Source: Moniliella sp. 'wahieum' (Eukaryota). From it: a stretch of DNA of 40,824 nt. Made by a program: the position numbers and the translations under genes. Positions 36,874-40,824 of the stretch are shown one piece after another. The stretch is taken from positions 434,001 through 474,824 of the forward strand of contig RSEE01000053.1 in the NCBI GenBank assembly GCA_003971905.1, read 5' to 3'. The stretch's first letter is position 1, and each line of letters opens with the position of its first letter. The notes under the pieces are model-generated. The model was not told where the DNA came from and made no database searches. It was given only the letters and a program-made list of their open reading frames with translations.

Positions 36874-36991
36874 AACCGCGGCACCGAGGATTCCCACGTG
36901 GTCCCCCACCGTAGTACTGACTGGGCGATACTGTGGTTAACTTCGCAGATCGGACGGGATGCGGTGCTTTCACAGTTCTATGGCCGCGGAT
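36874..36991 (-). rRNA. 5S rRNA (118 nt, basidiomycete type), same orientation as 28S
   Basis: ATCCGCGGCCATAGAACTGTGAAAGCACCGCATCCCGTCCGATCTGCGAAGTTAACC..AGTACTACGGTGGGGGACCACGTGGGAATCCTCGGTGCCGCGGTT; the terminal stem pairs. Confidence 0.97.
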
Positions 36992-37036
36992 GCTGGTGTA
37001 GCCTGGAGGGGGGGGTATGGGGGGGGCGTATATTGA

Positions 37037-37187
37037 CAAGGGGCAACCCTACTGGGGCATACCCGGAGGAGAGTACAAGGGAGGAGGGAGGGAGAATACC
37101 CAAGGGGCAACCCTAGGAGAGTACAGGGGGGGAGGGAGGAGAATCCACAAGGGAGAACCCTATGGAGAACCCTAGGGAGCCCCCTAG
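37037..37187. repeat. IGS1 subrepeats (about 50-60-bp units containing caaggggcaacccta / ggagagtaca)
   Basis: Imperfect tandem units are visible from 37037 to 37187. Confidence 0.75.
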
Positions 37188-37422
37188 CGACCACCCCCAG
37201 GGGTATCTCGCCGCAGTGGAGCGAGCGGTGGTCAGTAGGGTTTCGGGTGCTCGCAGCGGGGTAAAACGGGGGGGAAAACGGGGCAAGGGTATGGCTCAAA
37301 CCTGATAGAGCGTCCGGCCCGCTCACGCAGTCTTCCTCTTTTCTTTCCCTCTTTTCGTTCTTTCTTGCGCCGCAGGCGCGCTATTTTTGGTATTTTAGTA
37401 GGGTTTGGACTTGGAGAGAGAA

Positions 37423-37440
37423 CCCCCCTCCCGAGGGGGG
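37423..37440 (-). other. 3' ETS hairpin with NGNN tetraloop, candidate RNase III (Rnt1-like) processing site
   Basis: The minus strand reads CCCCCCT-CGGG-AGGGGGG directly after the 28S 3' end. The function is inferred from yeast. Confidence 0.45.
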
Positions 37441-37443
37441 GGG

Positions 37444-37814
37444 AATCAGAGGTGCCGAGATGGGCTTCAGCCGATCGTGGGAACAAGCCCACTCTACGCG
37501 TACGGCGCTCGGACCATGCCCCGTCGTATGCGGGGGATTTGCAGTGTGCAATGAGTGTATATTGTGGGGCGTGTGGTGGGGCGTCGCCCCGCCACAGGAC
37601 CCCCCCGTGGTGTACGGCTTGCGCCTATTGGTACCCAGTCCAGCGCACATGCGAGCGTACTAGCACGAGTTCCACCTTAGAGGCGTTCAGGTGTTACTCG
37701 GCGGGCGCGGCTGCGCACCTCTGCCCGGTCGGACAGGTGCTCAACTGGAGGCCCGGCCCCGGTGTTCCTCTCGTACTCGCCGGAACTACTGTCGACTCGC
37801 TTGTTACGGTAGGA

Positions 37815-37861
<47 letters not shown>

Positions 37862-37904
37862 ATTGGTGGGTGAACAATCCAACGCTTGCCGAATTTGCTA
37901 CGGC

Positions 37905-37939
<35 letters not shown>

Positions 37940-38490
37940 AACGTCGCTATGAACGCTTGGCTGCCACAAGCCAGTTTATCCCGGGGTGCATTTTCTGGCA
38001 CCTCCTGCTCCAAAAGCCGGAGAACAAAAGGATCGATAGGCCACACTTTCATGGTTTGCATCCACACTGAAGAGTAAATCAAGGCAGCATTTCCCCTTTT
38101 GGTCTACTGGAGATTTCTGTTCTCCATGAGCTGCCCTTGGGACACCTGCGTTATTGTTTAACAGATGTGCCGCCCCAGCCAAACTCCCCACCTGACAATG
38201 TCTTCAGGAAGGGTTGTCAACCGACGTAATTCCAAAAGGTGCGAGTCTCCTCGCAGGCCCACCTCACTGAATAAGTAAAGAGACGATAATAGTGGTATTT
38301 CACACTGGCGCTTGCGCTCCCACTTATCCTACACCCCCTATGTCTCTTCACAATGTCAAACTAGAGTCAGCTCAACAGGGTCTTCTTGCCCGCCGTAGAT
38401 GCCTAGCCCGTTCCCTAGGCTGTGGTTTCGCAACGTAGTAGATAGGGACAGTGGAGTCTCGTTAATCCATTCATGCGCGTCACGAATTAA

Positions 38491-38537
<47 letters not shown>

Positions 38538-38567
38538 TTTACCCGCGCTTGGTTGAATCTCTTCACT

Positions 38568-38601
<34 letters not shown>

Positions 38602-40718
38602 CGTCAACACCACGTTATGGCCATCGCAATGCTATGTTTAATTAGACAGTCAGATTCCCGCGTCCGTACCAGTTCCAAGTCGCTTGTTCAGCGCACCTTT
38701 CGGACCGCGCCGCAGCGCGCCGCCCAGCCGCCAGGAGCTTGCGCCCCCGGCAGCCCAGGCCGCCCACCCGCACGCCCGGCCAGCACCCAAGCCTTGGAGC
38801 CAATCCTTCTCCCAAAGTTAGGATCAAATTTGCCGACTTCCCTTACCTACGTTCTCGTTTCAACTAGAGGCTCTTCACCTTGGAGACCTGCTGCGGTGAT
38901 CAGTACGACCGGGCGAGAGACTAGACACGCACCAGGATTTTCACGGGCCGTCGAGCACACACCAGATGCCAGCGTAGCGCCAGCACTCTTCCCACGCCCT
39001 GCACCGTCTCTCCGGATAACCCGATTCCACGGCGCATTCTCAGCATGGTTAAGCAGAAAAGAAAACTTTCCTGGGGTACTCGCAGCGTCTCCTGGCTTGC
39101 TTGCGTTACCGCTCAATACATCCTCATCGGCGACGGAATCTTAACCGTCTTCCCTTTCCCGAACCACACCCCCAAAAGGGTGCTATGGATCAGCATCAGC
39201 CTTCGGTTAGGATCGGCTCACCCATGTCCAACTGCTGTTACCATGGAACCTTTCTCCACTTCAGTCTTCAAGGTTACTCGCTTGAATATTTGCTACTGCC
39301 CCAAGATCTGCACCAGGGGCCGTTCCACGCAGGCTCACGCCCACGCTCGGCACAAAACCCCCGCGCCTGCCTACTCTTTCGCACAACTCTGGCACGAAAG
39401 GTGGTATGGAGACACGCTTCAGCGCCATCCTTTCAGGCTAGTACATTCGTTGGTGAGTTGTTACACACTCCTTAGCGGATTCCGACTTCCATGCCACCGT
39501 CCAACTGTCTAGATGTACCAACACCTTTTGTGGTGTCTCATGAGCGTGTACTCTGGCTCCTTAACCACACGATCGGTTCATCCCGCATCGCCAGTTCTGC
39601 TTACCAAAAATGGCCCACTAGAAACTCACATTCAACGCACAAGCTCAACCAACAGCAAGTGCTTCTTACGCATTTAAAGTTTGAGAATAGGTTAAGAACA
39701 TTTCGTCCCAAGGCCTCTAATCATTCGCTTTACCTCATAAAATTGTTCTCACACGAGCTTCTGCTATCCTGAGGGAAACTTCGGCAGGAACCAGCTACTA
39801 GATGGTTCGATTAGTCTTTCGCCCCTTTGCCCAGCTCAAACGATCGATTTGCACGTCAGAACCGCGACGGACCTCCACCAGGGTTTCCCCTGCTTCATCC
39901 TAGCCAGGCAAAGTTCACCATCTTTCGGGTCCCAACAGGTATGCTCTTGCTCAGACCCATCTTGTGCGCACACGCAGGGCCGGCCGGTACTGCACCCGGG
40001 TTCGTACCCACATCACTTTCATTTCGCACGCCGGGTTTGCCACCCACATACTCGCATACATGTTAGACTCCTTGGTCCGTGTTTCAAGACGGGCCGCGGA
40101 AGCCATTAAGCCCATGTCCACCACACGGCAGTCCTCGGTCGTCCGCAGGGCATCCACAGCGCGGCTATAACACTCCCCCCAAAGGGAAAGCCACCTTCCG
40201 CGCCGCTTCTCCCCCACACACAACCGACATGGGCCCACGCCGCCACAGTACACCCCCCCGAGAGGGGCAGACGCGGCCGCCGCTCCGGCACTGACTTCCA
40301 ACGCTTCCCTTTGGCAATTTCACGTACTCTTTAACTCTCTTTCCAAAGGCTTTTCATCTTTCCCTCCACGGTACTTGTTTCGCTATCGGCTCTCCCCCAT
40401 ATTTAGCCTTGGATGGCCTTTACCACCCTCTTTGCGCTGCATTCCCAAACAACGCGACTCGTCGAGCGCACCCCACAACACGGCACCAGGCCAGACCAAG
40501 CACGGGATTCTCACCCTCTCTGTGCTGCTTTCCCAGCAGACTTGGGTCCAGCCGCACCGCACGAGGCACGTCTCCAGTTACAATGCGCCCGCAAGGGAGC
40601 TTTCAAATCGGGCTCATCCCGCTTTCGCTCGCCGCTACTAGGGGAATCCATGTTTGTTTCTCTTCCTCCGCTTATGATATGCTTAAGTTCAGCGGGTAGT
40701 CCTATGATTGATGTCGAT
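37444..40718 (-). rRNA. Large-subunit (25S/28S) rRNA, full length, no insertion at the R1 or R2 sites, divergent sequence
   Basis: Reverse complement contains ACCCGCTGAACTTAAGC, CCGTCTTGAAACACGGACCAAGGAG, TTCCCTCAGGATAG, CTCTTAAGGTAGCCAAATGCC, GAGTTTGGCTGGGGCGGCAC, GAACGTGAGCTGGGTTTAGACCGTCGTGAGACAGG and the sarcin-ricin loop AGTACGAGAGGAAC. Ends are approximate. Confidence 0.98.
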
Positions 40719-40824
40719 CGGGGGGGGTGTCGTATCGGCCTCCCACACAACGTCTCTTCCTAGTGGTACCTTCGTACTTTTCAGGAGAGACCCCGATGGA
40801 TCAAACTCCCACATCCATTCCACC
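40719..40824 (-). other. ITS2 (3' part; continues beyond the window)
   Basis: Position immediately upstream of the 28S 5' end. Confidence 0.8.

Noticed and set aside
38495..38525. R2 target site and group I intron positions in 28S
   Set aside because: The site is intact, the gene has normal length, and no insertion is present in this unit.

Overview
Eukaryotic, most likely basidiomycete fungal, DNA (GT-AG introns with CTAAC branch points; basidiomycete-type 5S rRNA gene inside the rDNA spacer). The assembly is indel-rich: housekeeping ORFs and invariant rRNA motifs carry 1-nt indels, so frameshifts alone do not show pseudogenes. There are three zones. (1) About 1-17.7 kb holds single-copy genes: an Mmc1-like protein, guanylate kinase GUK1 head-to-head with FGAM synthase ADE6, a low-complexity protein, threonine aldolase GLY1, a hypothetical gene and an orphan gag-like ORF. 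(2) About 18-36.3 kb is a decayed rDNA-flank mosaic with a degenerate 5S+IGS copy, several diverged copies of an unidentified minus-strand family, and pieces of a CRE-clade (Cnl1/MoTeR-like) RLE non-LTR retrotransposon. (3) About 36.3-40.8 kb is the edge rDNA unit on the minus strand (ITS2, 28S, IGS1, 5S, partial IGS2). The main finding is an arrangement seen twice on the minus strand: [RLE endonuclease C-terminus + short 3' UTR]-[60-70 nt of this organism's own 28S rDNA starting at TGTCCCTATCTACT, the arthropod R1 target]-[5' end of the next element]. This points to a fungal CRE-like retrotransposon that inserts site-specifically into 28S rDNA and forms tandem arrays with a long target duplication. 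That model is inferred by eye from degenerate copies and has not been tested.
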